From Armatimonadota bacterium (GTDB lineage: Bacteria > Sysuimicrobiota > Sysuimicrobiia > Sysuimicrobiales > Kaftiobacteriaceae), in the NCBI GenBank assembly GCA_037440005.1, contig JBBIUY010000020.1:1-51106 (forward strand): a stretch of DNA of 51,106 nt, written 5' to 3'. Within the stretch, counting starts at the first letter, position 1, and each line of letters starts with the position of its first letter. Shown one piece after another: positions 19,121 through 26,673 of the stretch. The notes under the pieces were generated by a model, which did not search any database, was not told the DNA's origin, and saw only the letters and a list, made by a program, of their open reading frames with translations. Position numbers and translations under genes: made by a program.

Positions 19121-20230
19121 TCAGACAGAAAAAGTCGCCGCCCGCGTGGCGTGGGCCTCCACCCGGTCCCGGCGCACCCGGACCCCCAGGCCGGGGGCGG
19201 AGGGCACGGGGACAGTCCCGTCGGGGTTCAGGCTGACCGGGGGGTCGATCAGGTCTTCCCGGTAGTACCGGTCGCTCGCCGACAGGTCGGCTGGCAGGCG
19301 GAAGTTGGGCAGGGAGGCCAGGGCCAGGTTGGCCGCCCGCCCGATGCCCGTCTCCAGCAGGCCCCCGCACCACACCGGGATCCCGGCCGCCTGGCAGAGG
19401 TCGTGGGTGGCCACGGCGGCCGTCAGGCCGCCCAGCCGGGCGGCCTTGATGTTGATGACCCGGCAGCTGCCCAGCTGCAGGGCCTTGCGGGCGTGGTCGG
19501 GGGAGACGATGGACTCGTCCAGGCACACCGGCGTGCGCAGGCGCGCCTGCAGGGCCGCGTGGTCCACCAGATCGTCCTCGCCCAGGGGCTGCTCGATCAT
19601 CAGCAGGCCGAAGTCGTCCAGGGCCTGGAAGACCTCCGCCTGGTCCAGGGTGTAGGCCGAGTTGGCGTCCACCTGCAGGGGCACCGGCCCGAAGGCGCGC
19701 CTGACCTCCCGGACCACCTCCACGTCCCACCCGGGCTGGATCTTGATCTTGATCCGGCGGTACCCCCGCCCCACGAACTCCTCGATGCGGCGGAGCAGGG
19801 CGTCCACGGTGGGCTCGATCCCCAGGCTCACCCCCGCCTCCACCGCCGTCCGCACGCCCCCCAGCGCCCGGGCCAGGGGGATCCCCTGCCGGCGGCAGTA
19901 CAGGTCCCACAGGGCCGCCTCCACCCCCGCCTTGGCCATGTGGTGGCGCCGCAGGTGGCGCACCAGGGGCGGGAAGTCGCGGGGGTGGTCCAGGGTCCGG
20001 CCCAGCACCAGCGGCAGGATGAACGCCTCCAGCACGTGCCAGGCGGTGCCGGTGGTCTCCTCGTTGTACAGCGGCGTGCGCTCCACCGGCACCTCGCCCC
20101 ACCCCTCCACCTCGCCGTCGTCCAGCCGGACCAGCAGGCACGTGTGGGAGGTCTGGCGGCCGAAGCTGGTCTGAAAGGGAAAGAGCAGCGGCAGCTCGAC
20201 CTCCCGCACCTCGGCGCGCCGGATCCTCAC
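19121..20230 (-). CDS. menC: o-succinylbenzoate synthase / N-succinylamino acid racemase (enolase superfamily)
   Basis: FQTSFG, KIKI, VDANSAY, IEQPL, LDESI, NIK, WCGGLLETGIG and DLSAS, typical of the NSAR/OSBS subfamily. Confidence 0.88.
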   Translation of the reverse strand: MRIRRAEVREVELPLLFPFQTSFGRQTSHTCLLVRLDDGEVEGWGEVPVERTPLYNEETTGTAWHVLEAFILPLVLGRTLDHPRDFPPLVRHLRRHHMAKAGVEAALWDLYCRRQGIPLARALGGVRTAVEAGVSLGIEPTVDALLRRIEEFVGRGYRRIKIKIQPGWDVEVVREVRRAFGPVPLQVDANSAYTLDQAEVFQALDDFGLLMIEQPLGEDDLVDHAALQARLRTPVCLDESIVSPDHARKALQLGSCRVINIKAARLGGLTAAVATHDLCQAAGIPVWCGGLLETGIGRAANLALASLPNFRLPADLSASDRYYREDLIDPPVSLNPDGTVPVPSAPGLGVRVRRDRVEAHATRAATFSV

Positions 20231-21060
20231 CGCCTCCCCTCCTCTCGGGCGGCGCGGACCAGCACGTACGACCCCACGGGATCGGCCGGCCCGCCCACGA
20301 AGTCCACCGCCTGGTAGCCCCCTCCCAGGTAGTGCACGAACGCCTCCCGCACGGCCAGCCGCCAGGCCAGCGCCAGGTCGGGAGCGCGGGCCTTCAGCCC
20401 GGCCAGGTCGGCGGGGATGTCCAGGCGGACGGCGTCCGCGTCCACCGCCGCCAGCGGCCCGGGCACGGGCCCCGCCGGGCCGGCAGCCGCCGGCAGGACC
20501 CGGGGAGCGCCCGACCAGTCCTTGACGGCCGCTCGCCCCTGCAGGCGCGCCAGCACCCGGGGGTCGGTCAGCCACCAGTCCACCTCCAGCCGGTCGGTGG
20601 GCAGGCCGCGGTTGAGGTCGTCGTCCATCTCCCCGTAATAGTCCACCAGGTACCGCGCCGCCACCGCGCCGAGCTTGCGGAGGTTGAAGGCGGCGTTGCG
20701 GCTCTGCAGAGGGTCGAAGGTCCACACCATGCGGTCCAGCCCCCGGGCCAGGGCGGCCTCCCGCTGGGCGCGCTTGAGGGCCCACCCGACGTCCCGGTCC
20801 CGGTAGGCGGGGTGGACGCCGGCCATGTGAGAGCAGAACAGCGGCCGCCCTTCCCGCAGCCCGACGAATCCGTAGCAGAAGCCCACCAACGTTCCGTCGG
20901 GGGTGAACGCGCCCAGCACCACGCCGCCGCCGTGGATGGCCGCCAGGAGCTGGTGCACCGGCACGATCTCCCGGTCGGGCATCCCCCACACCTGCCGCTG
21001 CAGGTCCTCCACGGCCCGCAGCTCGCTGGCGCGGGTCAGCGGGCGCACGGTCACGTCCAT
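20227..21060 (-). CDS. GNAT acyltransferase (amino-acid N-succinyltransferase-like)
   Basis: LQRQVWG, SHMAGV, WTFDPLQSRNA and TDRLEVDW; GTGA overlap with the racemase. Confidence 0.85.
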   Translation of the reverse strand: MDVTVRPLTRASELRAVEDLQRQVWGMPDREIVPVHQLLAAIHGGGVVLGAFTPDGTLVGFCYGFVGLREGRPLFCSHMAGVHPAYRDRDVGWALKRAQREAALARGLDRMVWTFDPLQSRNAAFNLRKLGAVAARYLVDYYGEMDDDLNRGLPTDRLEVDWWLTDPRVLARLQGRAAVKDWSGAPRVLPAAAGPAGPVPGPLAAVDADAVRLDIPADLAGLKARAPDLALAWRLAVREAFVHYLGGGYQAVDFVGGPADPVGSYVLVRAAREEGRR

Positions 21061-21235
21061 CGGGTGGAGAAATTTTTCGGCGCGCGGCAGGAAATTCTTG
21101 CCGCCCCGTCGGAACCATAGTCAGGCGCCCGGGCTGTAGCCCCAGCGCGGGACCGAGAGCGGGATGACCGACGGGCGCGCTGAGTGACACCTCGGTGCGC
21201 GATCACGGGCGCAACAGCGCGAAGGGGGGAGCTCA

Positions 21236-21277
21236 GTGGCGAAGAAGAAGGCAGCCAAGAAGAAGAAGAAGAAGTAG
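21236..21277 (+). CDS. 13-aa poly-lysine micropeptide MAKKKAAKKKKKK
   Basis: GAAGGGGGGAG RBS, then GTG GCG AAGx3 GCA GCC AAGx6 TAG. Flanked by hairpins and a terminator. Confidence 0.65.
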   Translation: MAKKKAAKKKKKK

Positions 21278-21349
21278 GCATCACGAGCGTGTGCTCCGCG
21301 CCTGCGGGCGCGGACGGTGGCGCGGCCACCGGCGAGCAGATGCTCGTGG

Positions 21350-21386
21350 GCGGCGACGGTCTGCGGACCGTCGCCGCGCTGTTTGT
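21350..21386 (+). terminator. terminator hairpin, possibly bidirectional with pncB
   Basis: 12-bp perfect stem GCGGCGACGGTC-TGCG-GACCGTCGCCGC followed by GCTGTTTGT. Confidence 0.7.
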
Positions 21387-21397
21387 GGGCGGCCCCC

Positions 21398-22816
21398 TCA
21401 GGGATCCGACGGCCGGGCCGCGGCCTGGAACATCTGGGCCTGCAGGGCCTCCAGGGCGGGGCTGAGGGACACCGGCGGCGGGGGCGCGCCCTGCAGGTCC
21501 CGCAGCGCCGGCGGCAGCGCCCGCAGGGCGGCGGCGCACCGCTCCCGCATCCGCGCCAGGGAGTCGGTGGCCACCACCCGTCCGGCGGACATCACCGGCA
21601 CCAGCAGCGGCTCGGCGCCCGGGGGAGGGGGCTCGTCGCGCCGGGCGATGGTGTCCCGGAGGGCCCCGTCGGCGGTGCGGACCCGCCAGACCTGCTTGCG
21701 CCCCGGCAGGGTCGCCTTGCCGGCCGACAGCTTGATCTTGGGGCCGGCGGCGTCCTCCACCAGCTTGTACACCCCGCCCATGCTGGGCGCGTCCTCGGAG
21801 GTCCCCATGCGGGTGCCCACCCCGAACGCCTGGGCGGCCGCTCCGCGGTCCAGCGCCTCGGCGACCTTGTACTCGTCCAGGTCGCCGCTGAGGACGATCT
21901 GCACGTCGGCCAGGCCCGCCTCGTCCAGGATCGCCCGCACCCGGCGGCTGATCTCCGCCAGCTGGTCCAGGCTCTCGTAGCTGTCGATCCGCACCCCGCG
22001 CAGCCGGTGGCCGCGGGCGGCCATCTCCCGGGCCACCTCCACCGCGTGGCGCGCCCCCTGGAGAGTGTCGTAGGTGTCGATGAGGAGGATGGCGTTGTGG
22101 GGGAAGTCCCGGGCGAACGCCCGGAAGGCGGCCAGCTCGTCGGGGAAGGACATGACGTAGGAGTGGGCCATGGTCCCGTAGACCGGGATCCCGTACAGCA
22201 TGCCCGCCAGCACGTTGGAGGTCCCGGCGCACCCCGCCAGGTAGGACGCCCGGGCCGCCTTGACGGCGGCGTCGGCGCCGTGGTCGCGGCGGGGGGAGAA
22301 GTCCACCACCGCCCGCCCGCCCGCGGCCAGGACCACCCGGGCGGCCTTGCTGGCGATCATCACCTGGAAGTTGACGGTGTTGAGCAGGAAGGTCTCCACC
22401 AGCTGCGCCTCGATGCGGGGGGCGGTCACCTCCACCAGGGGCTCCAGGGGAAACACCACCTCCCCTTCGGGGACCGCCCACACGTCGCCGGTGAACCGGA
22501 ACGTCCGCAGGTAGTCCAGGAAGGCGTCGCTGAACAGCCCGAGCCCCCGCAGGTAGGCGATGGCCTCGTCGGTGAAGCGCACCGACTCCAGGTACGCCAG
22601 AGCCGTCTCCAGCCCGGCGCTGACCAGGAAGGACCGGTGGGGCGGCAGGCTCCGGACGAACAGGTCGAACGTCGCCCGATCGTTCAGGCCTTCCCGGAGG
22701 TAACTGTCGGCCATGACCAGTTCGTACAGGTCGACCAGCAGCCCCAGGGTGTCGGGCGTCACGAACCCAAACGACGGATACCGGGCGTCCACCGTCCGCA
22801 TCCCCCGTTCCCTCAC
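21398..22816 (-). CDS. pncB: nicotinate phosphoribosyltransferase
   Basis: LVDLYELVM, DFSPRR, GTSNV, GTMAHSYV, LIDTYD, VRIDS, SGDLDE, FGVGT and GVYKLVE. Confidence 0.93.
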   Translation of the reverse strand: MRERGMRTVDARYPSFGFVTPDTLGLLVDLYELVMADSYLREGLNDRATFDLFVRSLPPHRSFLVSAGLETALAYLESVRFTDEAIAYLRGLGLFSDAFLDYLRTFRFTGDVWAVPEGEVVFPLEPLVEVTAPRIEAQLVETFLLNTVNFQVMIASKAARVVLAAGGRAVVDFSPRRDHGADAAVKAARASYLAGCAGTSNVLAGMLYGIPVYGTMAHSYVMSFPDELAAFRAFARDFPHNAILLIDTYDTLQGARHAVEVAREMAARGHRLRGVRIDSYESLDQLAEISRRVRAILDEAGLADVQIVLSGDLDEYKVAEALDRGAAAQAFGVGTRMGTSEDAPSMGGVYKLVEDAAGPKIKLSAGKATLPGRKQVWRVRTADGALRDTIARRDEPPPPGAEPLLVPVMSAGRVVATDSLARMRERCAAALRALPPALRDLQGAPPPPVSLSPALEALQAQMFQAAARPSDP

Positions 22817-24015
22817 CCGTCTCCGCCGGCGACCGCGGCGGCCAGAGCCGCCACCCGCCGCTCCACCTCGTCCGGCAGCAGGTGCACCCCCGGAGGGAAC
22901 TCCTGGTGGCGGTGGACCATGTACTCGATGCCGGCCAGCATCAGCGCCGAGGTGAGGTCAAAGGCGTCGTAGGGGTCGCCGGGGCCCGCCGCCAGGTTGA
23001 ACATGGCGCCGCCGGCCAGCAGGTACACCGTCCGGCCGGGCAGGTCGATGGCCTCGACGTGCGGGCGGACCCGGCGGACGGGGTGCGCCCGCAGGCCCGG
23101 GACGTCCAGTTCCAGGTTGGAGTGGCCCGCATTCAGCAGGATCGCCCCGTCCCGCACCAGGGGAAGGTGCCGCGTCGTGATCACCCTCTCCCGTCCCGTG
23201 GCGGTCACCACCACGTCGGCCCGGGGCAGGCCGTCGTCCAGGGTCACCGCCTCGCACCCCTGGTGGCGAGCCAGGTGGGCCCGCACGGGATCCCGATCGC
23301 ACACCAGCACCCGGGCGCCCAGCAGGCGGGCGTAGTCGGCGATTCCCTGTCCCACGAGCCCGTAGCCCACCACCAGGACGCGGCGGCCGTACAGGGTCAG
23401 CCGGGTGACCTGCAGGAACGTGGTCCACACCATCAGCCCCACCAGGTGGCGGTTGTGCAGGCCCTGCTTGAGGGTCAGGGCGTCCCAGTTGAAGACCGGC
23501 ACGGGCAGCGCCAGGTCCCGCAGGCGGGCGATGCCGGTTCCCGTGGCCTCCATCCCCGCCCGCAGCGTCTTGGGGGCGTCGTGAGCGGCGGCCAGGAGGA
23601 CCTCGCCGCCCATCTCGCTGACGAACTCGCACTCCCGGGCCAGGGCCCAGCGGATCGCCTCCAGACGGTCGGGCTCGCTCATGCCGGCCCGGGCGCGCAC
23701 CTCGGCGCCCCGGCGGGCCATCCAGGCCACCACCGCGTCCCGGGTCGTGTGGGGGTTGCAGCCCAGGACCAGGACCCGGGCTCCCGCCCCCACCAGGGCG
23801 TCCACCACCGGGATCATCTTGATATCCAGGTGGATGTTCAGGCACACGGTGCGCCCCGCCAGCCCCCGCAGGTCGGCGGCGACCCGCCGGGTGAGGGGGA
23901 TGTGCTGCCACAGCCACGGCAGCTCCTCGTCGACGGAGGAGGCCATCCAGACGTCCGCGTCCTGCGGGGAGGCCGCCCCGGCCGGTTCCGGCGGGGGCGT
24001 GTGAGGCTGATCCAT
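22813..24015 (-). CDS. divergent adenosylhomocysteinase (AhcY/SAHH)-family protein
   Basis: SAHH-like layout (CNPHTTRD, VVGYGLVG, VTATG, NAGH, FNLAAG) but several catalytic motifs are altered. Confidence 0.8.
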   Translation of the reverse strand: MDQPHTPPPEPAGAASPQDADVWMASSVDEELPWLWQHIPLTRRVAADLRGLAGRTVCLNIHLDIKMIPVVDALVGAGARVLVLGCNPHTTRDAVVAWMARRGAEVRARAGMSEPDRLEAIRWALARECEFVSEMGGEVLLAAAHDAPKTLRAGMEATGTGIARLRDLALPVPVFNWDALTLKQGLHNRHLVGLMVWTTFLQVTRLTLYGRRVLVVGYGLVGQGIADYARLLGARVLVCDRDPVRAHLARHQGCEAVTLDDGLPRADVVVTATGRERVITTRHLPLVRDGAILLNAGHSNLELDVPGLRAHPVRRVRPHVEAIDLPGRTVYLLAGGAMFNLAAGPGDPYDAFDLTSALMLAGIEYMVHRHQEFPPGVHLLPDEVERRVAALAAAVAGGDG

Positions 24016-24059
24016 GGGCTCCGCCACTGTGTTCGCCCGCAGGCCGGGCGCTCCTGCCG

Positions 24060-24068
24060 TGCTACAAT
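24060..24068 (+). promoter_or_regulatory. extended -10 promoter of the peroxiredoxin
   Basis: TGCTACAAT, about 80 nt upstream of the ATG. Confidence 0.55.
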
Positions 24069-24147
24069 GGGGCCGACTCACGAGCCCAGGGGCTGTCTTC
24101 CCCGACGCGGACCGCAGGGAGGGCGGCCGGCGGGAAGGAGGGATCCG

Positions 24148-24621
24148 ATGACGGTGGAGGTGGGCCAGCAGGTTCCCGACGTGACGTTGGTCAGCGCCGA
24201 TCGGAAGGCGGTGCGCCTGCGCGACCTGCTGGACAAACCCACGGTGCTGGCGTTCTTCCCCGGGGCGTTCACCGGCGTCTGCACCCGGGAGATGTGCACG
24301 TTCCGGGACATCCTGGCCCGGTTCAACGAGATGCAGGCGCAGGTCATCGGCATCAGCGTGGACAGCCCGTTCGCCCAGAAGGCGTTCGCCGATCAGAACG
24401 GCCTCAACTTCCCCCTGCTGTCGGACTTCACCCGCCAGGCGGTGCGGGCCTTCGGCATCGAGGATCCCCACTTCGCCGGCGGGCTGCTGCCCGGGGTGGC
24501 CAAGCGGTCGGTGTTCGTGGTGGACCGTCACGGCACGGTTGTGTACCGGTGGGTGTCCGACAACCCGGCCGTGGAGCCCGACTACGACCAGGTGGCCGAC
24601 GCGGTGCGCCGGGCGGCGTAG
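24148..24621 (+). CDS. peroxiredoxin (AhpC/TSA, BCP-like)
   Basis: FFPGAFTGVCTREMC, GISVDS, LLSDF and AKRSVFV; AAGGAGG RBS. Confidence 0.92.
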   Translation: MTVEVGQQVPDVTLVSADRKAVRLRDLLDKPTVLAFFPGAFTGVCTREMCTFRDILARFNEMQAQVIGISVDSPFAQKAFADQNGLNFPLLSDFTRQAVRAFGIEDPHFAGGLLPGVAKRSVFVVDRHGTVVYRWVSDNPAVEPDYDQVADAVRRAA

Positions 24622-24632
24622 GCCCTCCCGCG

Positions 24633-25691
24633 TCACCGGCCCGGCGCGTCGTCGCTCCCGTCGCGCCTGACCAGTCCCGAGACCCGCACGCCCACGAGCC
24701 GCACCGGGCGGTCCAGGGTGAACCGGTCCAGCAGGGTCCGGGCCGTGGCCCGGATCCGCTCGGGGTCGTCGGTGGGCTGGGGGAGGGTGAGGGACCGGGT
24801 GTGGGTGTGGAAGTCGTGGTAGCGGATCTTCACCGTCACCGTCCGGCCCCGGTAGTTCCCTGACCGCAGGTCGTCGGCCACCTCCGCCGCGAGACGCTCC
24901 AGGGTCTGCTCCACCGGCCCGCGGTCGCGGGCGTCCCGCTGGAAGGTGACCTCGCGGCTGGCGGACCGCGGTTGCCAGGAGGTCACCACCGGGCTGTCGT
25001 CCAGACCCCGGCAGGCGCGGGCCAGCTCGGCGGCCCTCCGGGGGCCCAGCAGGTCCGCCAGGGCCGGGAGGGGGACCCGCTGCAGGTCCCCCACCGTCCG
25101 CACGCCCAGCTCGCGCTCCAAGAGGGCGGCCGTCTTCGGCCCCACCCCCCACAGGACCGTCACCGGCAGGGGCGCCAGGATCTGCTCGGCCTCCTCGGCG
25201 CGGATCTCGGTGACCGCGTCCGGCTTGCGCAGCCCGGAGGCGATCTTGGCCAGCAGCTTGTTGGGACCGATCCCGATGGAAGCCGTCAGCCCCGTCTGCT
25301 GGCGGATGCGGGCGCGGATCTGTTCGGCCAGCCCCCGGGGGTCCGGATGGCCGGTGACGTCCAGGAAGGCTTCGTCCAGCGCCAGGGGCTCCACCAGAGG
25401 AGTGTAGTCCCGCAGGATCGCCCTGATCGCCTCCGCGTAGGAGGCGTAGGTGTCCATGTCCACCGGCAGGAAGACCGCGTCCGGGCACCGGCGGTAGGCC
25501 GCCCGCAGGGGCATGGCCGAGTGGATGCCGTACGCCCGGGCCTCGTAGGAGGCGGTGGACACCACGCCCCGGCGGCGGGGGTCGCCACAGCCGCCCACCA
25601 CCACCGGCCGCCCGCGCAGCTCCGGATGCCGCAGCTGCTCGATGGCGGCGAAGAAGGCGTCCATGTCCACGTGCAGGATGGTGCGGCTCAC
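24633..25691 (-). CDS. dinB: DNA polymerase IV (Y family)
   Basis: HVDMDAFFAAIE, STASYEAR, LDEAFLD, NKLLAKIAS, WGVG and VRLVGV. Confidence 0.95.
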   Translation of the reverse strand: MSRTILHVDMDAFFAAIEQLRHPELRGRPVVVGGCGDPRRRGVVSTASYEARAYGIHSAMPLRAAYRRCPDAVFLPVDMDTYASYAEAIRAILRDYTPLVEPLALDEAFLDVTGHPDPRGLAEQIRARIRQQTGLTASIGIGPNKLLAKIASGLRKPDAVTEIRAEEAEQILAPLPVTVLWGVGPKTAALLERELGVRTVGDLQRVPLPALADLLGPRRAAELARACRGLDDSPVVTSWQPRSASREVTFQRDARDRGPVEQTLERLAAEVADDLRSGNYRGRTVTVKIRYHDFHTHTRSLTLPQPTDDPERIRATARTLLDRFTLDRPVRLVGVRVSGLVRRDGSDDAPGR

Positions 25692-26527
25692 CGACGTCCC
25701 CTGGGGGCCGCCCACCGCAGCAGGGCCGCATGGGCCAGCGCCGGCCGGCCGTCCACCTCCGCCTCCCGGACCGCGGCTGAGCGGACGAGGGCGTCCTCCA
25801 GCAGGCGGGGACTCCACCCCCACAGCGCCCGCACCTCCGCCGGAGACGCCGCGCCGACGGTTCGCAGGTAGCGTTCCAGCACCGCCGCGGCGGCGTCGAC
25901 GGCGGTGATCCGGGAGGCGGCGTCCACCACCTCGGGCAGCCAGCGGGCGAACGTGTCCCAGATGAAGCTGTAGGACCCGTCCTCGCGTTCGCCGACCTTG
26001 CTGATGAGGCACAGAGCCTGCAGGTCCGCCAGCGCCCGGTGGAGGGCGCTCCCTCCGGCCCCGCGCCCGGTGAACTGCCTGCGCAGCGTCCAGGTGTCGG
26101 CGGGGCCGTGCTCGTGCAGGTAGGCGTACACGTCGGCCGCCAGCCGGCTCAGCCTGCCTTCCCGGTAGGCCTGGAGGTAGTCGTCGGGCTCGCCCGTGTT
26201 GCCGCTGAGGGCGTAGACGTGGGGCAGGTACGCCAGGGAGATGTAGGTGGGCTTGCGGCCCAGGACCCGGCCGTAGTACAGCTGGCGGGCGGTCACGAGT
26301 TCGTCTTTCCACCGCCACGCCCACTCCCACATCCGGTCCGTGCTGCGGGTGGCCAGCACGTCGAACAGGCCGGGCAGGCCTCCGGGACCGGAGGTGAAGG
26401 CGTAGCAGAACCCCGCCGCGTTGACGAAGGCCAGGGCGGCCCGCCGGTCGCTCACCCGGAAGCGGGCCAGCCAGGCGGCCCGGTAGCGGCGGACCTTCCC
26501 CAGGCTGAGGGCCTTACGGCCGGCCAT
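25688..26527 (-). CDS. AlkZ/YcaQ-related winged-helix protein (putative)
   Basis: ALAFVNAAGF, AWRWKDEL, YYGRV and PTYISL with wHTH-like segments. The family call is from recalled similarity only. GTGA overlap with dinB. Confidence 0.55.
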   Translation of the reverse strand: MAGRKALSLGKVRRYRAAWLARFRVSDRRAALAFVNAAGFCYAFTSGPGGLPGLFDVLATRSTDRMWEWAWRWKDELVTARQLYYGRVLGRKPTYISLAYLPHVYALSGNTGEPDDYLQAYREGRLSRLAADVYAYLHEHGPADTWTLRRQFTGRGAGGSALHRALADLQALCLISKVGEREDGSYSFIWDTFARWLPEVVDAASRITAVDAAAAVLERYLRTVGAASPAEVRALWGWSPRLLEDALVRSAAVREAEVDGRPALAHAALLRWAAPRGRR

Positions 26528-26614
26528 GGCGGACGACCTCCGCTGCTGCCTTCTCCGCCCCGGCCCGGGCCCTCCTGGCGCCGCCCGGCGGGGTAGGCAG
26601 TCCCGCCATCCGGC

Positions 26615-26623
26615 TGCTACACT
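26615..26623 (+). promoter_or_regulatory. extended -10 promoter of the M16 peptidase operon
   Basis: TGCTACACT, 50 nt upstream of the ATG. Confidence 0.5.
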
Positions 26624-26673
26624 GGTGCCTGTGCCCGCCGGCGCTCCTGCGGCGGGCGTCGCTGGAGCGTGCC

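Noticed and set aside
21121..21390. Possible tmRNA, SRP RNA or 6S RNA
   Set aside because: No tRNA-like ends or CCA, no SRP domain IV GGAAGGAAGCAGC motif in context, and no end-to-end rod pairing.
21184..21465. 93-aa ORF with an EEEGSQEEEEE run
   Set aside because: It is an alternative frame of the AAG run, lacks an RBS, crosses the terminator and overlaps pncB. The Lys frame has RBS, start and stop.
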